DNA from: Planctomycetota bacterium
GTDB lineage: Bacteria > Planctomycetota > UBA11346
Assembly (NCBI GenBank): GCA_016745075.1
Contig: JADGDD010000002.1
Coordinates: 130,034 to 194,033, forward strand
Direction: 5' to 3'
DNA length: 64,000 nucleotides
Position 1 is the first letter of the stretch. The number at the start of each line of letters is the position of its first letter. Below are positions 1 to 9,899 of the stretch, one piece after another. A model generated the notes under the pieces. It saw nothing but the letters and a program-made list of their open reading frames with translations. It was not told the DNA's origin and made no database searches. The translations under genes were made by a program, and so were the position numbers.

Positions 1-671
1 CCAAGTATATACTTACGCATCAGTTTTTCTGAGATAACCCAGTCGTCTTCTTCATCAATTTCAACACCAGTGAATTCAGCCATTTCATAGGTGGCAATTT
101 TTCCAGATAAACGGTTTTTATCACGCAATATGTTGCCGATGCTATTAATATAAAAAGCACCATTTTCCATTAGCGTACCATTGAAATCTTGTCGCCTTGG
201 GCGTTGTACATAGTTATAATTGATCGGGGTTCCATTGTCTGCCCAGTAAAAACGCTTCATTCGTGCGCAGGTCAGCATTGAATCTGCATCAGAATTTTTA
301 AAGTCTGCAAGAGCCTGACTTACATCGACAGCAGTTGTAAACGGAGAAGTAGCCTGAGCCAAGATAAATAAATCATCAGTGGCTAGGTCCTTACGAGATG
401 CGATATATTCCAGCATAACGGCTTCAGTGCTGGCCGTATCATTAGCGTTTTCTGGGTCACGATCGTAGCAGCGAACCTTAGAAAGATGTAAGTTTGCAAC
501 AACAGAAGTGATTTCTTCGCTATCAGTAGCTAAGATGATTTCGTCAACGGCTTCTGCATCTTGAAGTGCTTTTAGTGTCCAATAGACAAGCGGTTGGCCG
601 CAAAAATCCTTAATGTTTTTCTTCGGGATTGATTTGCTGCCACCGCGTACTGGTACGAATGCTCGTATCAT
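1..671 (-). CDS. neuA: Acylneuraminate (CMP-nonulosonate, possibly CMP-Kdn) cytidylyltransferase, partial; runs off the left edge
   Basis: Not in the ORF track. Hand translation from ATG at 671: MIRAFVPVRGGSKSIPKKNIKDFCGQPLV...QATSPF...RPRRQD...ENGAFY...EIDEEDDW. These are NeuA motifs, and there is no stop before base 1. Confidence 0.9.
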   Translation of the reverse strand, partial: MIRAFVPVRGGSKSIPKKNIKDFCGQPLVYWTLKALQDAEAVDEIILATDSEEITSVVANLHLSKVRCYDRDPENANDTASTEAVMLEYIASRKDLATDDLFILAQATSPFTTAVDVSQALADFKNSDADSMLTCARMKRFYWADNGTPINYNYVQRPRRQDFNGTLMENGAFYINSIGNILRDKNRLSGKIATYEMAEFTGVEIDEEDDWVISEKLMRKYIL

Positions 672-688
672 AGTGGTTTCCTAGGTAT

Positions 689-1570
689 CTATTTGGCTCG
701 GTATTTAAGCTTTTCGCGCTGTACATCTTCGATTGGAAGGATTTCAGCAGATTTAAAGGAGAGTGCTTCATAGGTTGCTTTGAGGTTACGAACAAGTTTA
801 CCAACACCAGCAGGTTCCAAAGAGGCAGCGTGGTCAGTGCCTTTCCAAGTACGGTCTTTGGTGAAGTGACGTTCAATCCAGCGAGCACCAAGGGTGTAGG
901 CAGCAATGTCAACAGCAATACCAAGATGATGGCCAGAGAAGCCAATTGCTTTAACGCGGTCTTCGAATTTTTCGTACATGCGCTTGATTTCTAGTAATGA
1001 GAGATCTTTAAATGGTACAGGATAGCCTGAGGTGCATGAATAAATAACCAAACGACTTTTTGCTTGGTCAGTTTCTTCAAAGAGGCTAATGATCTGTTCT
1101 TCTTCTTCCTGTTTGGTCATACCAAAAGAAACATGTACTTCACCTTCATACTCATCGCGTAGTACTTTGAGCATTTCGAAGTTGTTATTACAAGCGGAAG
1201 GTATTTTGATAAAAATTGGATTAATACTGAGGATTTCGCGTGCACTGGTTACATCCCAAACAGAGGTTGAATAAACCATGTCGAGTGTTTTGCAGTATTC
1301 CATGAGCTCTTTGTGTTGCTCAACACTAAATTCTAGAAATTCACGATGAGCACCGTAGGTGTCGCCGTATGAATTCGCTGGGTTTGGATGAGTTGCGTTA
1401 TATTGCTCTTCTGTTAACAACTCTTTGTTGTTTCGTTTTTGCAATTTTACATATTCAGCACCTGTGCTTTTAGCAAGCAAAACAAGCTCTTTAGCGATTT
1501 CAAAATCGCCCATGTGATTACAGCCAATTTCGGCTATGACTTTTGCTTCTTGGTAGTCATGTTTAAACAT
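689..1570 (-). CDS. neuB: Short NeuB-family nonulosonate synthase lacking the C-terminal SAF/antifreeze-like domain (Kdn-9-P synthase-like)
   Basis: IAEIGCNHMGD, KLQKR, SGHHLG, IERHFT and TDHAASLEP motifs; only 293 aa. Confidence 0.85.
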   Translation of the reverse strand: MFKHDYQEAKVIAEIGCNHMGDFEIAKELVLLAKSTGAEYVKLQKRNNKELLTEEQYNATHPNPANSYGDTYGAHREFLEFSVEQHKELMEYCKTLDMVYSTSVWDVTSAREILSINPIFIKIPSACNNNFEMLKVLRDEYEGEVHVSFGMTKQEEEEQIISLFEETDQAKSRLVIYSCTSGYPVPFKDLSLLEIKRMYEKFEDRVKAIGFSGHHLGIAVDIAAYTLGARWIERHFTKDRTWKGTDHAASLEPAGVGKLVRNLKATYEALSFKSAEILPIEDVQREKLKYRAK

Positions 1571-1599
1571 AAAAGGGTTCCTTTATATACCAAATGGTA

Positions 1600-2535
1600 T
1601 TAGATGATGTTTTTAAAGTAGTCGATGGTTTTTTCTAGACCTTGACGCAAGTGAATGCGCGGTTCCCAGTCTAAGTGTTTTTTAGCTAAGGTGATGTCTG
1701 GTTGTCGTTGCATTGGGTCATCTTGCGGCAGTGGTTTGAAGATGATTTTTGATGAACTGCCAGTGATGTCTATGATTTCTTCAGCAAGTTCTATCATACT
1801 GAATTCACCTGGATTACCAATGTTGACTGGTCCTTGGAAATCACTGCCCGAATTCATCATACGGATAAAGCCGTCAACGAGGTCATCAACATAACAGAAA
1901 GAACGTGTTTGCTGCCCGTCGCCATACATCGTGATATCTTCGCCTTTTAAGGCTTGGACAATAAAGTTACTGACCACACGGCCATCATCTGGATTCATGT
2001 TTGGACCGTAGGTATTGAAAATACGGACAACTTTTATGTCGACTTTGTGTTCACGATAGTAATCAAAGAACAGTGTTTCTGCACAGCGTTTACCTTCGTC
2101 ATAGCAGGCACGAATGCCGATGGTATTGACACAGCCTTTGTATGACTCTGGTTGTGGGTGTACATCAGGGTCGCCGTAGACTTCGCTGGTACTGGCTTGA
2201 AGGATTTTAGCTTTTGTGCGTTTGGCTAGGCCAAGCATGTTTATAGCACCGACAACAGATGTTTTTGTTGTTTGTACAGGGTCAAATTGATAGTGAACTG
2301 GGCTTGCAGGGCATGCCAAATTATAAATTTCATCAACTTCTATGTAAAGCGGGAAAGTTACATCATGACGAAGGAGTTCAAAGTAATGATTGTCTAAGAG
2401 TGGTTCAACGTTGCTTTTATCACCAGTAAAGAAGTTGTCTGCACAGATCACTTCATTGCCTTCATCTAGCAAACGTTTGCAGAGGTGGCTTCCAAGAAAC
2501 CCCGCCCCGCCAGTAACTAAAATTCTTTTTTTCAT
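1600..2535 (-). CDS. uxs: UDP-glucuronate decarboxylase (UDP-xylose synthase)
   Basis: [57 protein letters not shown]. Confidence 0.93.
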   Translation of the reverse strand: MKKRILVTGGAGFLGSHLCKRLLDEGNEVICADNFFTGDKSNVEPLLDNHYFELLRHDVTFPLYIEVDEIYNLACPASPVHYQFDPVQTTKTSVVGAINMLGLAKRTKAKILQASTSEVYGDPDVHPQPESYKGCVNTIGIRACYDEGKRCAETLFFDYYREHKVDIKVVRIFNTYGPNMNPDDGRVVSNFIVQALKGEDITMYGDGQQTRSFCYVDDLVDGFIRMMNSGSDFQGPVNIGNPGEFSMIELAEEIIDITGSSSKIIFKPLPQDDPMQRQPDITLAKKHLDWEPRIHLRQGLEKTIDYFKNII

Positions 2536-2574
2536 TGTGTGTTGCCCTTTTATATGGTCTGAAGCGTGTGGTGA

Positions 2575-3681
2575 TTAGCTAACAGGATATTTTAATTCCC
2601 ATTTACCGTCTACTTTTTCCCAAAGATCGTGGTTACGATTGCGCTCTGCTACTTCCCAGAATTCTTCCTCAGTAACATCGTGGAAACGAAGGAAGTCTTC
2701 AAAGTATTCTTGAGGGAATTCATCACGTAGTTTATTTACAATCTGAACGGCTTCTTTCCGTTTCATGTTGCCATTCCATATATCATAGCAGCATTGATCG
2801 GTTGAACGCCAGAATCCAAATTTCAAATATTTAAACCAGATATTAATTTCACACAGTTTTTCATCCATGTTATCGTAATCGAGATAATTACCGGAGAGTG
2901 GGCCTGCCTGACGGGCTTTGAACCCGCGTTTGACAACTTCGTCATAATGACGGCGGCCGTACCATGGAATAAAGTGACCGAGATAGATGCTCTTAATGCC
3001 AGCAGAATTTAATCGTTCGTAATCTGGGTATTCGTAAAAGAAAATATCTCGTGGAGAAATGTCATCGTCAAGCCAGTTATGGATTGTTTTATCTTTGATT
3101 AAATCACTCTTGTCAATTTTAATTGCATCGGCCGTGCTTGTTTGTCGTTGCAAGCCGCCAAACTCAAAGGCAATGTCTTCTCCCCAGACAACAAGTGGAA
3201 CATCGTAGAGGAGTGCCGTATTCACAACGCTAGAGAACATAGCACAATGTTCAGCCCAGTTTGGCTCACCTTGGCGAACAAAGCACTTACTACGAACCTG
3301 TCTGTAGACAGAAGGTTTCAAGGTGATTTTGATGATGTCGATATTTAAATCTTTCACCATCTGGTTCATATTGTGGATGCCTTCAGTGGTCGGAATATGT
3401 GCTGCCAGAGTAACGCATAGTATTTTTAAATTGAACTTCTCAGCCATAATCATGGCTTGATACCAGCTATCTTTCCCACCGCTTACAGGAACGATACAGT
3501 CATAAAAAGATTTGTTTTGGCTCTTAACTTCATCAGTAATCTTTTTGAGGTCTTTCCAGCGTTGATCCCAGTCGATAGTTTTTTTTGTTTCCGAAGCTCG
3601 ACAGGCGTTGCACCATCCACGTTCGTCTAAAACAATACCTGGTTTGCTGTCTGGCATAACACAATTTGTACAGTATTTCAT
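2575..3681 (-). CDS. wbuX: N-acetyl sugar amidotransferase (WbuX/PseA/PtmG family), copy 2
   Basis: N-terminal CxxC...CxxC, intact PP-loop [14 protein letters not shown]; next to HisF/HisH-like genes. Confidence 0.85.
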   Translation of the reverse strand: MKYCTNCVMPDSKPGIVLDERGWCNACRASETKKTIDWDQRWKDLKKITDEVKSQNKSFYDCIVPVSGGKDSWYQAMIMAEKFNLKILCVTLAAHIPTTEGIHNMNQMVKDLNIDIIKITLKPSVYRQVRSKCFVRQGEPNWAEHCAMFSSVVNTALLYDVPLVVWGEDIAFEFGGLQRQTSTADAIKIDKSDLIKDKTIHNWLDDDISPRDIFFYEYPDYERLNSAGIKSIYLGHFIPWYGRRHYDEVVKRGFKARQAGPLSGNYLDYDNMDEKLCEINIWFKYLKFGFWRSTDQCCYDIWNGNMKRKEAVQIVNKLRDEFPQEYFEDFLRFHDVTEEEFWEVAERNRNHDLWEKVDGKWELKYPVS

Positions 3682-3683
3682 CG

Positions 3684-4961
3684 TTAGCCTTCTATTGCTT
3701 TATAGTTGTTTTCATCCATATAAATACGTCCCATCAGAATGTATTCTTCATCGTAGGCTTCTTCTTCAAGAAGAGGGGTCTCTTTGTAGGCGCGTGGATC
3801 ATTGACTTCAAGGCGAGCTTCTTCAACACCATCATCAGTGAGGTGGTTGTGAACAGAGTCCGTCAATGTCCATGTACCATCTTTGTTCTTGTGCCAGACA
3901 TTTTTATCACGAAATTTATTGATGTGTCCCATGAATTCGTTCTCTGACATGTCTAGCCATTTAAGGAAATCCTTTAGTACTGCCGGTGGTTTGGTGTCAT
4001 ATTGCTGGACAAGCACAGCACCTTCTTCACGGGTCATTCGTTTTAGGCGAATATCGCGCGAGGCGTGGTCAGTCGCTTTACCATAACCATATTTGAGAAA
4101 CTTAATATAGTCATGGACGGTGTCATTGTTCCAGCAGTTCGATGTTTCATAGGTATTAAAGGTGCGTTCTTGTGGTAATGTTTCGTAGCCGTATTTCTCA
4201 ATCATACCTTCGATTTGACGTTGTGAATCCCAATGGACATAGTTCCCAAGGTATAAGCCACGAACTCGTGATTTTTCAAGTTGTACATCTGATGGGTAGG
4301 TGAAGGCTTGTAGGTCTTTATTGCTGATATTTTTGTTTACACCGATGAGTTGTTCAGCATCAAGGCGGCGCAAGGCATGTTCCTTACGAGTTTTCTTAGT
4401 CATCTCTACTTCATCATGATGAGAGAACATACCAACTTGATCTAACCAACCATTTACGCCCCAGATAATAAGAGGAATGTTAAATTTGGTGGCTACTTGA
4501 ACGGGGAAAGTTCGACTGCCTGCTAAGACATGCCAATACATATCGCCAATTAATTCAATAGTTGTTCGTGTAACTTCTTTAACTGTATCTGGGCCAACGG
4601 TAGACATCATATGGTCACAGTCGAGTTCGCTAACCAAGCGAGCTAAATTACGAATGCCAACTTTGGTGTTGAATTGGGTGTTGTAGGTAACCAGCAGTGG
4701 ATTGAGGCCAAATTTGTTTTTCATCGTATCTACGACAAAAAAATCGTCCCCTGTTCCGCTGACAGGAATAATACAGTCATGAGACGTGTTTGGACGGCCA
4801 CGGTAGTGCGCGACAATCTCTTCGAGCTCTTGATGTTTTTCGTCCCAATTGATAACATATTTTTCTTCGTGGACACAGCAGCCACTACAGATGCCGCGTT
4901 CATCAAAGGTAATTCCAAGTGGGTGGTTTGCTGGATATAAACACCGCTTACAATATTGCAT
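3684..4961 (-). CDS. N-acetyl sugar amidotransferase family protein, copy 1 (divergent PP-loop)
   Basis: CKRC...CSGC, PVSGTGDD in place of SGGKDS, KYGYGKATDHASRDIR. Confidence 0.8.
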   Translation of the reverse strand: MQYCKRCLYPANHPLGITFDERGICSGCCVHEEKYVINWDEKHQELEEIVAHYRGRPNTSHDCIIPVSGTGDDFFVVDTMKNKFGLNPLLVTYNTQFNTKVGIRNLARLVSELDCDHMMSTVGPDTVKEVTRTTIELIGDMYWHVLAGSRTFPVQVATKFNIPLIIWGVNGWLDQVGMFSHHDEVEMTKKTRKEHALRRLDAEQLIGVNKNISNKDLQAFTYPSDVQLEKSRVRGLYLGNYVHWDSQRQIEGMIEKYGYETLPQERTFNTYETSNCWNNDTVHDYIKFLKYGYGKATDHASRDIRLKRMTREEGAVLVQQYDTKPPAVLKDFLKWLDMSENEFMGHINKFRDKNVWHKNKDGTWTLTDSVHNHLTDDGVEEARLEVNDPRAYKETPLLEEEAYDEEYILMGRIYMDENNYKAIEG

Positions 4962-4981
4962 ATATATTCCTTCTATGCCGC

Positions 4982-5791
4982 CTACAGTGGTCGGCCTTTG
5001 CGGTCAAATTGAAAGTTTTCATATTTAACATCAGAGCTGAGTCGTACTTTTACGCCTGATTTCACCATATGAGATTTAGCAGCAATGGTACTATGTTCTG
5101 TATGTTGGAAGATATTGGCAGCGGCAGCGGCTTGGCAGCCACCTTCAAGAATTGCATCGGATAAGTGTGATGGAATTCCAACACCGCCACAGGCAATGAC
5201 GGGGATTTTTACCGCAGAGGAAACTTTTTGGAGCATCTGTACATCATAACCTTCGCGGCTGCCATCTCTATTCACTGAGTTTAGGAAGATCTCACCAGCA
5301 CCAAGTTTCTCTAGTTCGCATGCCCACTGAGCGGCATCGAAGTCGGTAGCTGTTTTGTTTAAGTGATCAAAAACACGGTAATCGCCATTGGTTTCTAAAA
5401 CGTCTTCTGAAACGGTTATGCACTGCGATCCAAATATCTCGGCAGCCTCGGAGATAAATGTTTTGTTTTCGAGGGCAATGGAATTAATGCAGACTTTATC
5501 AGCACCAGCATTAAGCAAGGCTTTAATGTCAGCAATAGATCTAATGCCGCCGCCAACAGTAAGCGGTACGAAGCATTCAGTTGCAGCCCATTCAATCAAT
5601 TTAATATCAGGACTACGGCCTTCACGAGTGGCATCGATATCAAGTACGACAATTTCATCTACGTCCCAGTTCACGAAAAACTCTATAGCGGTTTTAATAT
5701 CGCCAATTGGTAGGTAGCGTTTAAAGTCATAGCTCTGAACAACGAGATGCCCTTTAGAAATGATGCAAGGAATGAGGCGGGTTTTTAACAT
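4982..5791 (-). CDS. wbuZ: HisF-like cyclase subunit of the glycan amidation system
   Basis: RLIPC, PLTVGGGIRS, GADKVCINS, GAGEIFLNSVNRDG, PVIACGG; located inside the glycan locus. Confidence 0.85.
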   Translation of the reverse strand: MLKTRLIPCIISKGHLVVQSYDFKRYLPIGDIKTAIEFFVNWDVDEIVVLDIDATREGRSPDIKLIEWAATECFVPLTVGGGIRSIADIKALLNAGADKVCINSIALENKTFISEAAEIFGSQCITVSEDVLETNGDYRVFDHLNKTATDFDAAQWACELEKLGAGEIFLNSVNRDGSREGYDVQMLQKVSSAVKIPVIACGGVGIPSHLSDAILEGGCQAAAAANIFQHTEHSTIAAKSHMVKSGVKVRLSSDVKYENFQFDRKGRPL

Positions 5792-5793
5792 GC

Positions 5794-6444
5794 TTAAGCT
5801 CCTTTCTTTGCTTCTTCAACAATGGCAACGAAGTTGCGCAATAAGGTGAACCCGTTTCCTTGGCTCTTTTCTGGGTGGAATTGAGCTCCCATGATATTGC
5901 CTTTGGCCACAGATGCTGTGTAGTGTTGCCCATATTCAAAACGAGATGTTACAAATTCAGCGGGGCAATTAGCGTGGTAGCTATGAACGAAGTAAAAATC
6001 TTTTTCTTCGCCGAGGCCAGCAAGCAATGGTGGCTCCCCTGCAATTTCGATGTTATTCCAGCCCATATGCGGGACACGAAGGTCCCCACCGGGATTCAGG
6101 CGTTCAACGGTGCCAGGGATCCAGCCGAGACCTTTATTGAGTCCACCTTCTTCAGAAGATTCAAAGAGCATTTGCATGCCAAGGCAGATGCCGAGGATTA
6201 TTTTCTTTTTATTGAGAGCTTCGTCGTTTAAAATATCGATAAGATTTCGCTTACGTAGATGTTCCATAGCATCTCTATAAGCACCGACGCCCGGTAAAAT
6301 TAAGGCATCTGCTTGTCGGATGCGATCATGATCTGCGGTTACTACGATTGAATAATTACAAATATGTTTAATGGCATTTTCAATTGATTTGACGTTACCC
6401 ATGTCGTAATCAATAATAGCAATTTCTAATGATGTTCTTGGCAT
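5794..6444 (-). CDS. wbuY: HisH-like glutamine amidotransferase subunit of the glycan amidation system
   Basis: IIDYDMGN, LPGVGA, GICLGMQ, PHMGWN, YFVHSY, QFHPEKS. Confidence 0.88.
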   Translation of the reverse strand: MPRTSLEIAIIDYDMGNVKSIENAIKHICNYSIVVTADHDRIRQADALILPGVGAYRDAMEHLRKRNLIDILNDEALNKKKIILGICLGMQMLFESSEEGGLNKGLGWIPGTVERLNPGGDLRVPHMGWNNIEIAGEPPLLAGLGEEKDFYFVHSYHANCPAEFVTSRFEYGQHYTASVAKGNIMGAQFHPEKSQGNGFTLLRNFVAIVEEAKKGA

Positions 6445-6468
6445 ATGTTCCTGTTCCTTCTATAATAG

Positions 6469-7239
6469 CTAAAGTGTAAAGCCATCGTCTACAATGATGT
6501 TTTGGCCATTTATATAAGCGCTCATATCGCTAAGAAGAAAGATGAGAGTACCTGCCATATCACCGCTATTTAACATGCCTTTAGTACAGCATTCTTTTTG
6601 GTATGCTGAAAGAAAAGGTTCTGGTTGTCTATCAAGGATGCCACCAGGGCTTAATGCGTTTACTCGTATATTCTTTCCTTGAAAATATTTTGCCATATAC
6701 TTGGTAAGATGAATGAGTCCCGATTTGATGGCAGCGTACTCAACGGGTGTTGTCATCTTTGTTTCGTTATATATGTGAAATTTTGGAGCTACGACACCAT
6801 AGATAGAAGCAATATTTATGATATTACCTCCCCCATATTTCGAGAAATATGCTGAATATCGCTGCGAGGCAAGAAAATATCCACCAAGGTTTAATCCAAC
6901 ATTTTCAACGAAATCTTCATATTGAACTTCAAAAAAATGTTTTCCATAATTTTCATTGCGAGGGTATGCGTTATTTACTAAAGCATCAATACGTCCATAT
7001 TTGGATGAGATGACTTTGATGCTGTTGTCTAGACTTTTTTCTGATGTTATGTCAAGTTCTATTACATCGACCGTTTCTGTCCCGTTTTTTTTATTGATTT
7101 CATCGCAACAGGCTTGCGCATTTTCAATGTTTTTGTCTGCAATGATTGGGATTCCACCATTGTCAACAATTGCAGATACAAAACTTTTGCCAATGAGACC
7201 AGCACCACCAGTAACAATGATAACTTTTTTATTTAGCAT
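6469..7239 (-). CDS. ptmA: SDR oxidoreductase, PtmA/ElaC-like (nonulosonate modification)
   Basis: Start moved to ATG 7239 (MLNKKVIIVTGGAGLIG); VNNAYPRN, YAAIK, SPGGI, GQNIIVDDG. Confidence 0.8.
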   Translation of the reverse strand: MLNKKVIIVTGGAGLIGKSFVSAIVDNGGIPIIADKNIENAQACCDEINKKNGTETVDVIELDITSEKSLDNSIKVISSKYGRIDALVNNAYPRNENYGKHFFEVQYEDFVENVGLNLGGYFLASQRYSAYFSKYGGGNIINIASIYGVVAPKFHIYNETKMTTPVEYAAIKSGLIHLTKYMAKYFQGKNIRVNALSPGGILDRQPEPFLSAYQKECCTKGMLNSGDMAGTLIFLLSDMSAYINGQNIIVDDGFTL

Positions 7240-7933
7240 TATTTTTATCCAGTATGAATTGGACAAATTCAAAGTCCAATGGGGTGTCAATATCAATGGA
7301 TCGTTCTTCAGGCATGACATATAACCCTGTTTTGGGAAGAAAGAGTGTTGGTTCGTTTAATATGGTTTCACGTTTCCATATATAAATGGAAGCATTCATG
7401 TCATAACATTTCGGTGAATCTTGACGACGGGTAATTACGGTATCAAGCTGTTTCGATAATTGTACAGCACCGTTAGCAGAAACCTCTATCAAATTGAAGT
7501 ATGGGCTTCTTCTACTGGGCATGGCTGTTATCAGATTGTCATTTTCATTATCCAAAAATTGTTGGAACGACTGGTGAATATCTTGGACACTGCGTAAAGG
7601 TGCGGTGGCATCAAGGTCAACCAGATGATCGAATTGTTGGTTGAAATGTTGCTCGCTACGAATAAAGGCATCACGTATAACAGCGATTTTGCCAGCTTTA
7701 TCGCCAGATAACTCAGGAGCTCTCTTAAAAAAAACTTCAGCACCATGATCTACTGCTATATCAGCAATTGTATCTGAATCAGTACTTACCACTACATGTT
7801 CAAAAAGGCCAGAGGATAATGCTTGTTGAATAGAATAGGCAATTAGTGGTTTGCCATTGATTGTTTTACAATTTTTATTCTGAACTCCCTTGCTACCTCC
7901 GCGTGCACATATAGTGCATAATGCTGCATTCAA
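7229..7933 (-). CDS. legF: CMP-legionaminate-type cytidylyltransferase (LegF/PtmB/ElaB-like)
   Basis: CARGGSKGVQNKN, DATAPLR, RRQD, SIDIDT. Confidence 0.85.
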   Translation of the reverse strand: MNAALCTICARGGSKGVQNKNCKTINGKPLIAYSIQQALSSGLFEHVVVSTDSDTIADIAVDHGAEVFFKRAPELSGDKAGKIAVIRDAFIRSEQHFNQQFDHLVDLDATAPLRSVQDIHQSFQQFLDNENDNLITAMPSRRSPYFNLIEVSANGAVQLSKQLDTVITRRQDSPKCYDMNASIYIWKRETILNEPTLFLPKTGLYVMPEERSIDIDTPLDFEFVQFILDKNNAK

Positions 7934-8850
7934 CTGACTGCTCCTTGTATTTTGGCTACTGTGTTCATTACCCCAACAGCTTCAGCGTAACTAGAAGCTG
8001 TATTTTCTTCTGTCAATGTTGAGGTATGCATCAAGTGAAACATACGATCTCTATCGATGGGCGGGACAGAAATGTTTGCGATCGTCCCAGTCTTTCCTTG
8101 TTTAGCAATGGTATGATCTATTAGATTAATGTTATAGCTAAATTGTTCTGTATTGATGAAGATATGTCGATGAGGAATTTTACTTATATAGTCAAGGGAT
8201 ACGTTTATGAACACTTTGCGGTTGGTTTTGCCGATAAACATACATAAGTCATCAGTTTCAATCTCTAAGTCAGAAATAGTAGTTTGGTAGCTTTTTAGTT
8301 CTACTACCTCTCCGAATAGCCATTGAATATAGTCAATTTCATGACTCAAATCAAGTAAGACACCACCACCCAAGGACTTCTTGGCACTATATGACTGACG
8401 GTAGTCCACATCTGGTCGCCATGTGGGTAAATATTGGCCACATGTTACAATGATATTATAGACTTTCTCCGTTTGAATAATCTCCCTAACTTTTTGCAGT
8501 ATAGGGTGAAAGCGAAGGGTATAGCCAATAACGATCTTATTCTTTGTTTCATCAATAAGCATATGACGTTGATTATCAATGAAGTCAAAAAGAGGTTTTT
8601 CGCAGAGAATGGATTTACCACTAACGTTTGAAGTAATGTAGAGGAGTTGTTCAAAGTGTTTAGCAGTTTCTGATGCAATAACAAAATAATCATAGTCTTC
8701 TAATTGTACTTCACTGAGATGTTGATACGTGGTGTAGGAATCAATATGTTGCCGAGTAACTACATCTACGGTATGTATGGCATCAATGTCTGAGAGTACT
8801 CGAGCATGGCGTTTGCCTATAGAGCCAAAACCTATAACCAAGGCTTTCAT
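7930..8850 (-). CDS. Gfo/Idh/MocA oxidoreductase, PtmF/ElaA-like
   Basis: IGFGSIGKRH, CEKPL, GQYLPTWRP, GGGVLLDLSHEIDY. Confidence 0.82.
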   Translation of the reverse strand: MKALVIGFGSIGKRHARVLSDIDAIHTVDVVTRQHIDSYTTYQHLSEVQLEDYDYFVIASETAKHFEQLLYITSNVSGKSILCEKPLFDFIDNQRHMLIDETKNKIVIGYTLRFHPILQKVREIIQTEKVYNIIVTCGQYLPTWRPDVDYRQSYSAKKSLGGGVLLDLSHEIDYIQWLFGEVVELKSYQTTISDLEIETDDLCMFIGKTNRKVFINVSLDYISKIPHRHIFINTEQFSYNINLIDHTIAKQGKTGTIANISVPPIDRDRMFHLMHTSTLTEENTASSYAEAVGVMNTVAKIQGAVS

Positions 8851-9896
8851 TAGAATACCTCATGATATTCGTTATTTGCCTTTTCGTATTCATCGAGTTG
8901 TCCGATGTCAAGCCAGTACTCACGAATCGGGAAAGATGCAGCAGTTTGTTTGCTTGCAATTACTGCATCAAAAAGGCTTGGCATATCATAGAATTCATTG
9001 AGTGGAATATTGTTTAGGCAAGCAGGATCAAGCATGTAGATACCAGCATTTACAAAAAATTTATGAATAGGCTTTTCTTCAAGGGAGAGAATTTGCCCCT
9101 CGTTGACACTAACAACTCCATACGGTACTTGCATATCGTATTCACGGACACACATTGTCGCCATAGAATTATTTGCTAAATGGAAGTCGAGCAGGTGTTC
9201 AAAGTTCACGTTTGTAAGAAGGTCCCCATTCATGACAAAAAAAGGATCTTTTGGCATTTCGTTCAGCAAGCTTAATGCACCCGCAGTCCCCATACGTTTT
9301 TCTTCAAATATATAATCTATGTGTGCACCAAATTCACTGCCGTCACCAAAATGTTCTTGAATAATGTCTGACTTATAATTAACACAAAAGGTGATATTTA
9401 TAAACCCATGGTTAGCAAACCGTTCTACAATCGTTTGCAGAATAGGTTTACCCCCCACTTTTAGCATTGGTTTAGGCATATGTTCAGTTAAAGGTCTCAG
9501 CCGAGAACCGAGTCCTCCAACCATCAATACAACTTTGTTCGGTAATATATTGGGTTTAAGTATTTCATCAAGTAGATCGACTCCAATGACAACGCCTGAA
9601 TCATCTATGACGGGTATTTGATAGACTTTTTTGGAAGTACATAGTTCAAGTACATCGTCACGACTGTCTTTTATATGAGCTACGATAGGGTTTTTGGAGT
9701 AGAGTCCCTTGATGGGGCTTTCTAATGTACGCCCAGACAAAAAACCGCGACGAATGTCGCCATCTGTAAGAGTTCCGATGAGTTTGCCGTTGTCATCGAT
9801 AACAATGGCTATTTGTAGTTGGCCTTGATCAATTATTTCAAGTGCATCTTTTACGGTAGATTGTGGTGTTAGTGTGATTCCAGAAATGTTTTGCAC
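8850..9896 (-). CDS. ptmE: CBS-domain sugar-1-phosphate nucleotidyltransferase (PtmE/LegX/LgaF-like)
   Basis: N-terminal CBS pair (TDGDIRRG), then GGLGSRLRPLT..PKPML, GTAGAL, MNGDLLT, WLDIG. Confidence 0.87.
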   Translation of the reverse strand: MQNISGITLTPQSTVKDALEIIDQGQLQIAIVIDDNGKLIGTLTDGDIRRGFLSGRTLESPIKGLYSKNPIVAHIKDSRDDVLELCTSKKVYQIPVIDDSGVVIGVDLLDEILKPNILPNKVVLMVGGLGSRLRPLTEHMPKPMLKVGGKPILQTIVERFANHGFINITFCVNYKSDIIQEHFGDGSEFGAHIDYIFEEKRMGTAGALSLLNEMPKDPFFVMNGDLLTNVNFEHLLDFHLANNSMATMCVREYDMQVPYGVVSVNEGQILSLEEKPIHKFFVNAGIYMLDPACLNNIPLNEFYDMPSLFDAVIASKQTAASFPIREYWLDIGQLDEYEKANNEYHEVF

Positions 9897-9899
9897 GTC

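Noticed and set aside
4982..6444. hisF/hisH as histidine biosynthesis genes
   Set aside because: They sit in the glycan locus beside WbuX-type amidotransferases with no other his genes adjacent, which is the known amidation-module context.
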